Source of the DNA: an uncultured Bacilli bacterium
GTDB lineage: Bacteria > Bacillota_I > Bacilli_A > RF39 > UBA660
Reading direction: 5' to 3'
Assembly: GCA_944358305.1 (NCBI GenBank)
Contig: CALVQK010000003.1
Span: 19,620-83,619 of the forward strand
Length of the DNA stretch: 64,000 bases
Positions 19,271 through 27,721 of this stretch are shown one piece after another. Each line of letters opens with the position of its first letter. Within the stretch, counting starts at the first letter, position 1. The position numbers were made by a program, and so were the translations under genes. The notes beneath the pieces are model-generated. The model searched no databases and was not told the origin of the DNA. It saw only the letters and a program-made list of their open reading frames with translations.

Positions 19271-20236
19271 ATGGAAGCAAAAAATATTAAAAATGTTGCC
19301 TGTGTTGGTGCAGGTGTAATTGGTTATAGTTGGGCTTTATATTATTCTCTAAAAAAACTATCAGTAAATGTTTATGATATAACTGATGATGCTTTAAATC
19401 TTGCAAAGACAAGAATACATGAAAGTCTACTTAACTTAGAGAAAAACAATGTTGTAACAGAAGAAGAAATTAAAGAAATTGAAAGTAGAATTAATTATAC
19501 TACATCAATGGAAGAAGCTGTAAAAAATGTAGAACTTATTACTGAGTCTGGTCCTGAAAACTACGATATTAAAAGAAAAATGGTTGAAGAGATGGAAAAA
19601 TATACCAAAGAAGATACAATTATTGCCTCATCTACATCAGGACTACTAATTACAGAAATAGCAAAGGATGCAAAACACAAAGAAAGGTTTATTGGAGCTC
19701 ATCCTTATAATCCACCACATTTAATACCACTAGTAGAACTTACTAAAGGAGATTATACAACTGATGAAGTAATAAACACTGCTAAAGAGTTTTATCAATC
19801 TATTGGTAAAGAACCAGTCGTATTACAAAAAGAAGCCTTAGGATTTATCTGTAATCGTATTCAAATGGCTGTTTATAGAGAAGTATGTGATTTAGTAATG
19901 AAAGGTGTATGTACTATTGAAGATGCTGATAAAGCCGTTACCTATGGGCCAGGATTAAGATGGGCTATTATGGGACCTAGTTTAGTCTTTGAATTAGGTG
20001 GTGGTAAAGGTCATGTAGATGGTCTTATGAAACACTTAAACTCATCTATTAGTTTATGGTTACATGATATGGCTGATTTCAAAGATTTTCCAGAAGAATT
20101 TCCTGAAATAGCAAGAAAAGGTGTCGAAGAAGCTTTAAAAAATAGACCTAAAGAAATAGGTAATGATGATGAATCTCTGGCTGAATACCGTGACAAAATG
20201 TTAATAGAAATATTAAAACTACATAACAAACTCTAA
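19271..20236 (+). CDS. 3-hydroxyacyl-CoA dehydrogenase family protein (L-carnitine dehydrogenase / lambda-crystallin-like)
   Basis: Rossmann motif VACVGAGVIGYSWA. AHPYNPPHLIPLVELTKG, GPGLRWAIMGP and GGGKGHVDGLMKHL resemble the L-carnitine dehydrogenase branch. Confidence 0.75.
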   Translation: MEAKNIKNVACVGAGVIGYSWALYYSLKKLSVNVYDITDDALNLAKTRIHESLLNLEKNNVVTEEEIKEIESRINYTTSMEEAVKNVELITESGPENYDIKRKMVEEMEKYTKEDTIIASSTSGLLITEIAKDAKHKERFIGAHPYNPPHLIPLVELTKGDYTTDEVINTAKEFYQSIGKEPVVLQKEALGFICNRIQMAVYREVCDLVMKGVCTIEDADKAVTYGPGLRWAIMGPSLVFELGGGKGHVDGLMKHLNSSISLWLHDMADFKDFPEEFPEIARKGVEEALKNRPKEIGNDDESLAEYRDKMLIEILKLHNKL

Positions 20237-20319
20237 AAGTATTGCTTTATTAGTAATACTTTTCTTATTTACAAATTTGTTATATAATAAAGCATATATT
20301 TTCAAGGAGGAATACCAAT

Positions 20320-21417
20320 ATGGAATATAACTTTAAAAAAGAAGTAAACTTATTTATGATTTTTGATATACTAGGAGATACTGTAAGAACCGGCCCAACT
20401 CTTTGGTATATTGATAGAAAAAGACTTGAAGATGTAAAAGACCATGTTCTAGATTTAATATTAATATTCAAAATATTAGAAAAATATTTACCTACAAATA
20501 TCAATAAAGATAAAATAATTAATTATATAATATGTCATGACCTACCTGAAGCTATTACAGGAGATATAACAAAGTTTGAAGGAGTTTCTAAAGAAGAAAT
20601 AAAAAGAGTAACTTCAGTCGCTATCAATTACTTATCAAGTAAATTTGATGATGTGATAAATCTTTCTAACATATTAAACAGTTATGAAGAAAGAGTTGAT
20701 CTAGAATCTAAAATTGTTCACATGATAGATAAAGTACACTCTTCTACTACCTTTATCAAATATCAAAGTGAACAAAATATTAATATGAACGATTCAAGAA
20801 TTATCAAAGAGTTAAGGAATCATCCTTTTGTAGTAGAAAAAATTGCTGAAGGAAAAGATTTAGCAGATATTTTCTTTGAATTTCATTTAATGGCTGTAAA
20901 TTTTACAGACGAAGAATGCGAAAAATATAATATTACAAGAGCTGAAGCAAATAATATTGTTAATGTCATAAAAGCTTTTGCCACTGAAATGCATAATCAA
21001 AAATCAAATAATACATTATTAAACTTCAATAAAGATTTCCCACAAGATGCAATGGATTACAACAGAAAAGTTAAAGAAAACAAATACAGAAAATTAGTTC
21101 GTGATAATATTCCAGAAATATGTATATCAAATGGAGAAAAGCCAATTTTCCATGTATTAGACAGTAAAGACTATTGGAATGCCTTATTACAAAAAGATAC
21201 CGAAGAATTACAAGAAGTAAAAGAAGCTGAAGAATCTGAAAATAAAGAGGAAATATTAAAAGAATTAGGAGACAAACTAGAACTTATTAGAGCCATGGCC
21301 GAATATCAAGGTTTTACTTTAGAAGATGTTATAAAACAAGCAAATAAAAAGAAAGAAACAAATGGAGGTTTTCAAAAAAAATTATTTTTAGAAGCAGTTA
21401 TTAAAAAAGAGGCCTAA
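20320..21417 (+). CDS. Fusion protein: HD-domain phosphohydrolase (YfbR-like) plus C-terminal MazG-like NTP pyrophosphohydrolase
   Basis: The N-terminal half has H...HDLPEAITGD...HMIDK (HD superfamily, 5'-deoxynucleotidase type). The C-terminal roughly 110 aa (YRKLVRDNIPEI...EELGDKLELIRAMAEYQGFTLEDV...KKETNGGFQKKLFL) matches the all-alpha MazG/PRA-PH-like house-cleaning pyrophosphatases. Confidence 0.7.
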   Translation: MEYNFKKEVNLFMIFDILGDTVRTGPTLWYIDRKRLEDVKDHVLDLILIFKILEKYLPTNINKDKIINYIICHDLPEAITGDITKFEGVSKEEIKRVTSVAINYLSSKFDDVINLSNILNSYEERVDLESKIVHMIDKVHSSTTFIKYQSEQNINMNDSRIIKELRNHPFVVEKIAEGKDLADIFFEFHLMAVNFTDEECEKYNITRAEANNIVNVIKAFATEMHNQKSNNTLLNFNKDFPQDAMDYNRKVKENKYRKLVRDNIPEICISNGEKPIFHVLDSKDYWNALLQKDTEELQEVKEAEESENKEEILKELGDKLELIRAMAEYQGFTLEDVIKQANKKKETNGGFQKKLFLEAVIKKEA

Positions 21418-21426
21418 CCTCTTTTT

Positions 21427-23157
21427 TTAAACTTCACTTTCTGCAGTATATAAGTTTTGATATTGTTTACAACTCTTTAATAACTCTTTATGAGTACCAC
21501 TACCAACTAACTTTCCTTTTTCAATAACATGAATAGTGTCAGCATCAACAATAGTAGATAATCTATGAGCAACTATAATAATTGTATGATCTTTAACTAA
21601 ATCATCAATAGTTTTCTTAATATATTCTTGAGACTCATTATCAAGAGCACTAGTCGCTTCATCAAAAAGAATTATCTTAGTATTTAAAAGAAGTGTTCTT
21701 GCAATAGCAAGTCTTTGCTTTTGTCCACCCGATAAATTAATACCACCTTCGCCAATTACCGTATCATATCCTTTTGGTAAACTCATAATATAATCATCTA
21801 TATAAGCTCTTTTACAGTACTTTCGCACCATCTCTAAACTAACATCTTCCTTAACCAATCTAAAATTTTCAAGTATTGTTAAATTAAATAAAAATGGACT
21901 TTGTCTAATAATAGAAATATTGCCTCTCAAAGACTCTTCAGTTAAATCTCTAATATCAATACCATCTATAGTAATAGAACCCTTAGTAGCATCAAAATAT
22001 CTAAGTAATAAATTAAATATTGTACTCTTACCATTACCACTACGTCCTACAATAGCAATCTTCTTCTTTGGTACAATTTCTAAATTAAGACCATTTAAAG
22101 TAAAATCTTCATCTTCTTTATACTTAAATTTAACATTATTGAACTTAATGACACCTTTAATATTTTCTAATACCTTATCCCCATATACTTCATCATTATA
22201 TAAACTATTATTTAAAATCTCCCCTATTCTTTTTAAAGACACTGTTACTTTATTAAAACTAACTCCAAAGTCACTAATACTCTCAACTACTTCATCAATT
22301 CTCCAAATATAAGACTCCATCATTAAGAAAACAGAAAGACTAATAACACCATCTAAATAACACTTACCAGTTGTAAATAGTATTAAAAACTGAATCAAGA
22401 AATAAGCTAAATTGTTAAAGCCATAATACCATCTTTCATACTTTCTAACTTTAGCAGTATGAGAAAATAAATTATCAATAACTTTAGAAACATTACTTTC
22501 TATTATCTTAGTAATACCTAAAGATTTAATTTCTCTAATTCCTGTAACATTTTCTGTTGCAACTTTTACATAAGAATCACTTTCTTTTTTGATTTTTTCC
22601 TGACTTTTCTTAATTCTAGGAAAAAACTTCATGGAAATAAAGCCCATAATAATGGCAAGTAATAAAATTTCTATAAATAAGACAATTGATATTCTTATTG
22701 CAATAACAATTACAATAATAACAACTACCGCCTTACAAATGAGTCTAACCATTTTAGATAATAATTCCATAACTCTATCTGGATCAGTATATAAACGATT
22801 AATAAACTCCCCTACACCTATCTCTTCAAATGCAATAGCAGGTAATTTATCTATCTTTCTATACAAATCTTTACTTACATTTTTTGTAAACTTAATCTCA
22901 AAATATGTATATAAAGCATCTCTTGGTATCTGTAAAAAAGTGTAGAAGATAATGTAAATCCCCTCATATAAAGCTAAATAAAAGACAAAAGTATTAATAT
23001 CTTTAGCAGTTAAAGCTTCAACAGCAACACCCCAAAAATACACTGATATTAAAGCAGGTAAATATGATAAAGCTACTAAAATAATATAAATAATTAGTCT
23101 CAACTTATCATCTTTTATATAATCCCAAAATATTTTGAAATGTTTTAATTTTTTCAT
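21427..23157 (-). CDS. ABC exporter, fused permease/ATPase half-transporter (MsbA/LmrA type)
   Basis: Six-TM type-I exporter domain followed by an NBD with GRSGNGKST (Walker A), LSGGQKQRLAIAR, ILFDEATSALD and AHRLST. Confidence 0.9.
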   Translation of the reverse strand: MKKLKHFKIFWDYIKDDKLRLIIYIILVALSYLPALISVYFWGVAVEALTAKDINTFVFYLALYEGIYIIFYTFLQIPRDALYTYFEIKFTKNVSKDLYRKIDKLPAIAFEEIGVGEFINRLYTDPDRVMELLSKMVRLICKAVVVIIVIVIAIRISIVLFIEILLLAIIMGFISMKFFPRIKKSQEKIKKESDSYVKVATENVTGIREIKSLGITKIIESNVSKVIDNLFSHTAKVRKYERWYYGFNNLAYFLIQFLILFTTGKCYLDGVISLSVFLMMESYIWRIDEVVESISDFGVSFNKVTVSLKRIGEILNNSLYNDEVYGDKVLENIKGVIKFNNVKFKYKEDEDFTLNGLNLEIVPKKKIAIVGRSGNGKSTIFNLLLRYFDATKGSITIDGIDIRDLTEESLRGNISIIRQSPFLFNLTILENFRLVKEDVSLEMVRKYCKRAYIDDYIMSLPKGYDTVIGEGGINLSGGQKQRLAIARTLLLNTKIILFDEATSALDNESQEYIKKTIDDLVKDHTIIIVAHRLSTIVDADTIHVIEKGKLVGSGTHKELLKSCKQYQNLYTAESEV

Positions 23158-23175
23158 TGAACGAACACTCCTTCC

Positions 23176-23203
23176 ACAAAAAAACTACTGTAAAGTAGTT
23201 TCC
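23176..23203 (-). terminator. Intrinsic terminator (attenuator) in the ABC exporter leader
   Basis: On the minus strand: AAACTACT-TTAC-AGTAGTTT followed by TTTTTTG (plus-strand arms 23182-23189 / 23194-23201). It ends about 20 nt upstream of the exporter RBS GGAAGGAG. Confidence 0.55.
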
Positions 23204-23250
23204 ACAAATATCATATCAAGCTCTAAAAAGTATGAAAATCTTTTAAACTA

Positions 23251-23307
23251 CTACTGTAAAACAATATAATAAATTTTTTTATTTACACTAGCATCTAAAA
23301 GACTCAT
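23251..23307 (-). CDS. Candidate 18-aa leader peptide (MSLLDASVNKKIYYIVLQ)
   Basis: ATG at 23307 follows AAAAGGAG. It lies downstream of a TTGACA-17-TATCAT promoter (23337-23365). Its last codons and stop (CAG TAG TAGTTT) overlap a sequence that can pair with the 5' arm of the downstream terminator. Confidence 0.45.
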   Translation of the reverse strand: MSLLDASVNKKIYYIVLQ

Positions 23308-23336
23308 ACCACTCACACTCCTTTTTAAGTGTTCTA

Positions 23337-23365
23337 ATGATAACATATAGATACCTTCTTGTCAA
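23337..23365 (-). promoter_or_regulatory. Sigma-A-type promoter for the leader peptide/ABC exporter unit
   Basis: On the minus strand: TTGACA (23360-23365), a 17-nt spacer, then TATCAT (23337-23342). Confidence 0.5.
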
Positions 23366-23371
23366 ATAAAC

Positions 23372-23995
23372 TTAAAGGCCATCACTAAAACTAGTAAATT
23401 CATGTCTTTCTATTTTAGGTAGTCCATATTTTTCTTTACCTAACTTAATCGCTTTAATCATAAAAGCCATATTCCTACCTAAATTTCTCATCGTCTCTAG
23501 ACCTTCTTTATCTTTTTCTACATCTTTGGCATTAAAGCCATGAACTTCATTAAAGTAACTACTAGAGACAATAGGCATATTAGAAATAGTAAAATATTTG
23601 TTAATCTCATCCATTGCCGATGTAGAGCCTGCTCTTCTTGAAGATAAAACAGCAGCACCTACTTTCATAGTCTTATCAAAACGTGTGCTATAAAACAATC
23701 TATCCAATAAAGATATAATTGTTCCATTACTACCAGCATAATAAACTGGACTACCAATAATAATACCATCAGCTTTTTCAAACTTTAAAGCTACCTCATT
23801 AACAATATCATCAAAAATACATCTACCACTTTTAGAACAGGTATGACAAGCTATACAACCCCTAATATCCTTATTACCAACAACAATAGTTTCTGTCTCT
23901 ATTCCTTCTTCATTAAGAGTTTTACTAACTTCTTCTAATGCTCTAGCAGTACAGCCATGTAATCTAGGACTACCATTTAAAATTAATACTTTCAA
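23372..23995 (-). CDS. Flavodoxin-like NAD(P)H-dependent FMN reductase / iron-sulfur flavoprotein
   Basis: N-terminus (M)KVLILNGSPRLHGCT and cysteine cluster CIACHTCSKSGRC are typical of the Isf/NADPH-FMN reductase family. Probable TTG start at 23995, 9 nt after AAAGGAG. Confidence 0.8.
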   Translation of the reverse strand: MKVLILNGSPRLHGCTARALEEVSKTLNEEGIETETIVVGNKDIRGCIACHTCSKSGRCIFDDIVNEVALKFEKADGIIIGSPVYYAGSNGTIISLLDRLFYSTRFDKTMKVGAAVLSSRRAGSTSAMDEINKYFTISNMPIVSSSYFNEVHGFNAKDVEKDKEGLETMRNLGRNMAFMIKAIKLGKEKYGLPKIERHEFTSFSDGL

Positions 23996-24072
23996 AACAA
24001 TCATCTCCTTTTAAATTATATCACATTTGAAAGAAACACTTTATAGATGTATAATATACTCGAGGTGATATA

Positions 24073-24909
24073 ATGATTATATGTCCAAACTGTAAAACAG
24101 AAAATCCTGATGATGCTAAATTCTGTAAAAACTGTGGTTATTATTTTTTAGAAGAAACAGAAAACAAAAATGATAAAAGTAAAAAAGACAAAAAAGAAAA
24201 GAAAAATAAAGTAAAACATAAAACTAAAACCAAAAACAAAACTAAGACTAAAGTAAAAAAAGAAAAACCACAGTCCAAAAAATATGTGCAGTATAATGAT
24301 AAACCTAGATCTAGTATCTTTACAAAAGTACTGTTACTGTTCTTTATTCTTTTATCCCTAGGACTAATCGCTATAGTTAGCATCTTAGGTTACAATTATT
24401 ATATGGAAAATAACATAGAAGTTCCTAATGTTATAGGCTATTCTTATGAAGAAGCAACTAGAGTACTTGATACTGCCAATTTAAGTTATGAGATGAAAGA
24501 AGAAGAAACAACTAATAAAGATGAAGTTGGTATCGTTATAGAACAAAGCAAAAAAGCAGGTTCTAAAACTCATGAAAATGCAGTTATTACTTTAACTGTA
24601 GGAGTACTAGATAATCATGTCATTGTTCCTAACATTACAAGTATGAGTCTAGAAGAAGCTACAACCATTTTAAATGAAAATGGTGTTACTTACAGAATAG
24701 AATATGAAGAAACTGATGAAAAAGAAAATAACACCGTTATAAATCAAAGTATTAAAGCAAATAAGAAAATAGAAAACACCGAAGTTTTAACTATAACTGT
24801 AGCAAGAAATAATAACAGCAATAATGAAAATGCAACTGATAAAAATGAAACACAAGAAGAAAATAAAGAAGACTCTTCAACTAATGAAGAGATACCTAAT
24901 GAAAACTAA
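24073..24909 (+). CDS. Zinc-ribbon / Lys-rich linker / TM / double-PASTA domain protein
   Basis: N-terminus [19 protein letters not shown] is a zinc ribbon. It is followed by a K/T-rich low-complexity linker, one TM helix ([21 protein letters not shown]), and two PASTA repeats ([16 protein letters not shown]...ITLTVG; [16 protein letters not shown]...LTITVA). Confidence 0.8.
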   Translation: MIICPNCKTENPDDAKFCKNCGYYFLEETENKNDKSKKDKKEKKNKVKHKTKTKNKTKTKVKKEKPQSKKYVQYNDKPRSSIFTKVLLLFFILLSLGLIAIVSILGYNYYMENNIEVPNVIGYSYEEATRVLDTANLSYEMKEEETTNKDEVGIVIEQSKKAGSKTHENAVITLTVGVLDNHVIVPNITSMSLEEATTILNENGVTYRIEYEETDEKENNTVINQSIKANKKIENTEVLTITVARNNNSNNENATDKNETQEENKEDSSTNEEIPNEN

Positions 24910-25413
24910 TCTAATAATCGCTGACTTTTCTAACATTGAAAAAACATATTTAGGTAATAAATATCAAAACGTTATAGATTTAGATGCCACTACTTATGCT
25001 TATACAGATATAGAATTAGAAAGCTTAAATATAGAAGAGCAAAAAGGTTTAAAAAGATCTCCTAATAAAGATTTCCCAAATAACTATAAAAAGCTATTGA
25101 AAAAGCCAAAAAGAAATATGACATAACACTAGTATGGGATAGAATAGATATAGTAAATGAATATCTAAAAAATAATATTGACTTCATAATATGTTAGCCA
25201 GAAGAAAAAGGTTTAGAAGAATATAAAAATAGATTTTTAAAAATAGGAAACAGTAAAGACTATGTTAAAATAAAAATAAATGAATATTATGAAAAAGTTA
25301 AATATTTTAACACTTTACCTATCAAAAAAATAATCTTAAAAGAAAAAGAAACCTTAGAAGATTATCTTATAAAAAATAATATTAATTTAAAAGAAAAAGA
25401 TCTACAAATTTAA
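24899..25413 (+). pseudogene. Disrupted gene of unknown function (one frameshift plus one in-frame TAG)
   Basis: The ORF from ATG 24899 ([15 protein letters not shown]...) stops at 25126. The reading continues cleanly in the -1 frame from 25090 (KAIEKAKKKYDITLVWDRIDIVNEYLKNNIDFIIC), reaches TAG at 25195-25197, and stays open to 25413 (PEEKGLEEYKNRFLKIGNSKDY...KEKDLQI). The frame switch coincides with an A5 run at 25088-25092. Confidence 0.45.
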
Positions 25414-25425
25414 GTAGATCTTTTC
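25391..25425. terminator. Bidirectional terminator
   Basis: AAAGATCTAC / GTAGATCTTT perfect 10-bp stem, flanked by an A-run on one side and a T-run on the other. It lies between convergent units. Confidence 0.65.
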
Positions 25426-26042
25426 TAATACATAGATACTTCTACGACATTGAAAGTAGCACTTTGCATCGCTTCTAAATCTTCACTACTAACATAAGTA
25501 AAAATATCAAAATTTTGGCTTTGTCCAGCTCCTAAACTATTGGCCATGACATAATCAGTTGCAATTCTACTACCACTTGCATCAACCGCTTCAATTTGAA
25601 TATTAAATGATTTAATTTCATCTGTTAAGTTAGTAACTGTAACAGTTAGTTTAGAATCTACAAGTCCATAATCACCTAAAGAACCTTCAAAATTACCAAT
25701 ACTAACATCAACATCATTACCAAGAATCTCTTCAGTATTATTACCAACCGCATTATCTAAATCATCAGACACTTTATCTAAAGACTCAGCCCAACTACTT
25801 TGTAAAGATAATGTAATAACAACAGATAAAATTCCTAAAATTAAACCAGCAATCGCTTTACCTTTACTTGCTTTCTTAGCAAAAGAAACAAAAGCAAATA
25901 TTACTGCAAGTATTCCTAAAAAGAAAGCCGCATTATTAAGAATCGGAATAAAGGATAAACAAATACCAATAATACCTAATACCAAAGCAGCAGTAGCAAA
26001 ACCACTTTTTCTCTCTTTCAAATTTTTAAAATCATCATCCAT
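25425..26042 (-). CDS. DUF4190-type membrane protein with an extracytoplasmic beta-sandwich-like domain
   Basis: Two TM helices with the small-residue-rich pattern AALVLGIIGICLSFIP...GLILGILSVVITL typical of DUF4190. The C-terminal roughly 100 aa look like a DUF4352-type domain. Confidence 0.65.
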   Translation of the reverse strand: MDDDFKNLKERKSGFATAALVLGIIGICLSFIPILNNAAFFLGILAVIFAFVSFAKKASKGKAIAGLILGILSVVITLSLQSSWAESLDKVSDDLDNAVGNNTEEILGNDVDVSIGNFEGSLGDYGLVDSKLTVTVTNLTDEIKSFNIQIEAVDASGSRIATDYVMANSLGAGQSQNFDIFTYVSSEDLEAMQSATFNVVEVSMY

Positions 26043-26085
26043 ACTAATTTACTCCTTTCCACTCCTATTATATAATAAAATAGTC

Positions 26086-26124
26086 TTGCAGTAAATAGTT
26101 CGTGTGAATATTTTGCAGTAAATA
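26086..26124. promoter_or_regulatory. Two exact 12-nt direct repeats (TTGCAGTAAATA) in the divergent promoter region of the XRE gene
   Basis: Copies at 26086-26097 and 26113-26124, 27 nt start to start, 28 nt upstream of the XRE start codon. Confidence 0.4.
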
Positions 26125-26151
26125 ATATCATACCTTTATTAGGAGGTATGT

Positions 26152-26433
26152 ATGAAATTAAAATTCAATAATTTAAAAGACTTACTTATTTTTAACATAA
26201 AGTATTATCGTTACGTAAATAATTATTCCCAAGAAAAACTAGCTGAATTATCTAAACTTAGTCCAAGGTACATAACAGATGTAGAAAGAGGACTACATTG
26301 TCCAACTATTCCTAAATTAGAAAGCATTGCCAAATCTTTAAATATTGAACCATATATTCTATTTATGAATGAAAATAGAGACAAAGCCATCATAGACAAA
26401 ATGAATAATAATAGACAATATAATCAAAAATAG
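26152..26433 (+). CDS. XRE-family HTH transcriptional regulator
   Basis: YYRYVNNYSQEKLAELSKLSPRYITDVERGLHCPTIPKLESIAKSL is a Cro/C1 HTH. RBS AGGAGG. Confidence 0.8.
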   Translation: MKLKFNNLKDLLIFNIKYYRYVNNYSQEKLAELSKLSPRYITDVERGLHCPTIPKLESIAKSLNIEPYILFMNENRDKAIIDKMNNNRQYNQK

Positions 26434-26459
26434 AACTTAGCTTTAAACTAAGTTCTATT

Positions 26460-27368
26460 TTAAGTTAAAGAACTACCTTTAGTATTAACTAAACCAACTG
26501 TAATCACAGCATCTTTATCAAAACTTTTAGGAAGCCATTTATTACGCAAAATACTATCTTGCTTAACATCATAACTACTATCTAATCCATTTGCACTAAG
26601 AACATCTGGATCTAAACTACTTTGATAATCTTCTGAATCAATTGAACCTGGTCTTAACAAAAACTTACGATCTAAACTTGAAATGTTTTTTAAAGCATCA
26701 TTATAACGTGCTAAACCATCAATTAGTTTTTCTGTATCAATTGAAGGAGTATCTGTTGAAACAGCTATTGTAACATGTGGCATTTTTTGTCCATCAACTG
26801 CTTTTTCTATATTCGAAGGAATAAGATTAGGATAAGCAGAAGTTGTATCATAAACACCTTTTTGCATATCGCCACCAGTAAATTCAGCAGCCATACCTAA
26901 AGCTAACAAATCGGCATGACTATTACCAGATTCATAACTAGCATCTACCTTATAACCTGATCCATTATAACTTGTAAAGGAAACAAAACACTCTGTACCA
27001 TCCTTATAAAATTCATCAATATTTCTAACTTCACATTCAAGCCCTTTATCATTCAAATCTTCTGCTGCTTGATCAATCATTTCACTACTAATACCATCAT
27101 TAACAAGAACAACATTTAAGCTTGATAAATCTTCTGCACTAATATCAATAGCATATGGTTCTTCAGTATTAATAGAAACATCTATTGGTTTTTCATCAGA
27201 TTTATCTAAAAAAGTTTTACACCCAACAATACCTAAAGTAACTAAACCTGTCGTAATAGCAACTAAGCTTCCTTTTACTATCATTCTTCTTGCACGTAAT
27301 TTTCTCTTTCTAGCAGCCTTAACTGCATTTGGAGTTGCTCTAAAATTACTAATTTTTCTCTCACTCAT
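26460..27368 (-). CDS. Hypothetical single-pass membrane protein with a basic cytoplasmic tail
   Basis: 302-aa ORF with a basic N-terminal tail (KAARKRKLRARR), one TM helix, and an acidic extracytoplasmic domain with no recognisable motifs. Last gene of the ezrA-led unit. Confidence 0.6.
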   Translation of the reverse strand: MSERKISNFRATPNAVKAARKRKLRARRMIVKGSLVAITTGLVTLGIVGCKTFLDKSDEKPIDVSINTEEPYAIDISAEDLSSLNVVLVNDGISSEMIDQAAEDLNDKGLECEVRNIDEFYKDGTECFVSFTSYNGSGYKVDASYESGNSHADLLALGMAAEFTGGDMQKGVYDTTSAYPNLIPSNIEKAVDGQKMPHVTIAVSTDTPSIDTEKLIDGLARYNDALKNISSLDRKFLLRPGSIDSEDYQSSLDPDVLSANGLDSSYDVKQDSILRNKWLPKSFDKDAVITVGLVNTKGSSLT

Positions 27369-27377
27369 AATAAAACC

Positions 27378-27719
27378 CTACTTTCTACTAGTATTACTAG
27401 CAATTACATTAAGTAATCTAATAACTTCACCAAGTCCATAAATTATACTACAGAATACAAAACTACCAAGCCAAAATAACAAAGTTAAAGATAAATTATA
27501 TTCTGTTTTTGTACAAGTTGCAAAAAGCTCAGATGTCTCACTACAAGCCGGAAATAAATTACCAATAATAACACCAGTAATAAACAAAAATATAAACAAA
27601 CATACAGCTAACTGTTGATAAAAGTTATAATTTCTTTTCTTTTGAACTTCATTACTTATTTTTTTTAATTTAGGTAAATCTTGACGTTGTTCATCAATTT
27701 CATCAAATAAATCTTTCAT
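27378..27719 (-). CDS. Hypothetical 2-TM membrane protein
   Basis: 113-aa ORF. RBS GAGGAGG. The start lies 2 nt after the stop of the upstream gene. Confidence 0.6.
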   Translation of the reverse strand: MKDLFDEIDEQRQDLPKLKKISNEVQKKRNYNFYQQLAVCLFIFLFITGVIIGNLFPACSETSELFATCTKTEYNLSLTLLFWLGSFVFCSIIYGLGEVIRLLNVIASNTSRK

Positions 27720-27721
27720 TT

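Noticed and set aside
21920-22945. ORFs 21920-22312 and 22631-22945 (plus strand) inside the ABC exporter gene
   Set aside because: These are shadow ORFs antisense to a gene with unambiguous ABC motifs. The same reasoning applies to 7778-7966, 8920-9150, 9679-9930, 20011-20229, 20280-20504, 24141-24383, 37279-37482, 45044-45274, 45752-46141, 48039-48239, 48675-48953, 54980-55171, 55638-55856, 60330-60512 and 62197-62529.
24170-24290. Short periodic AAAAC/AAAAG repeats that could look like a tandem repeat or CRISPR-like array
   Set aside because: They are the coding sequence of the Lys/Thr-rich linker of the PASTA protein. There are no spacer-repeat units of CRISPR size. No CRISPR array was seen anywhere in the window.
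25195-25197. In-frame TAG as a pyrrolysine or read-through codon
   Set aside because: The same gene also has a frameshift, there is no Pyl-related context, and decay into a pseudogene is the simpler explanation.
26460-27368. 302-aa protein as an Amidase_3 (CwlD-like) N-acetylmuramoyl-L-alanine amidase
   Set aside because: There is only a vague resemblance (VVLVNDG..., ESGNSHADLLALGMAAEF), the zinc-binding His/Glu residues are not identifiable, and the evidence is too weak to call.
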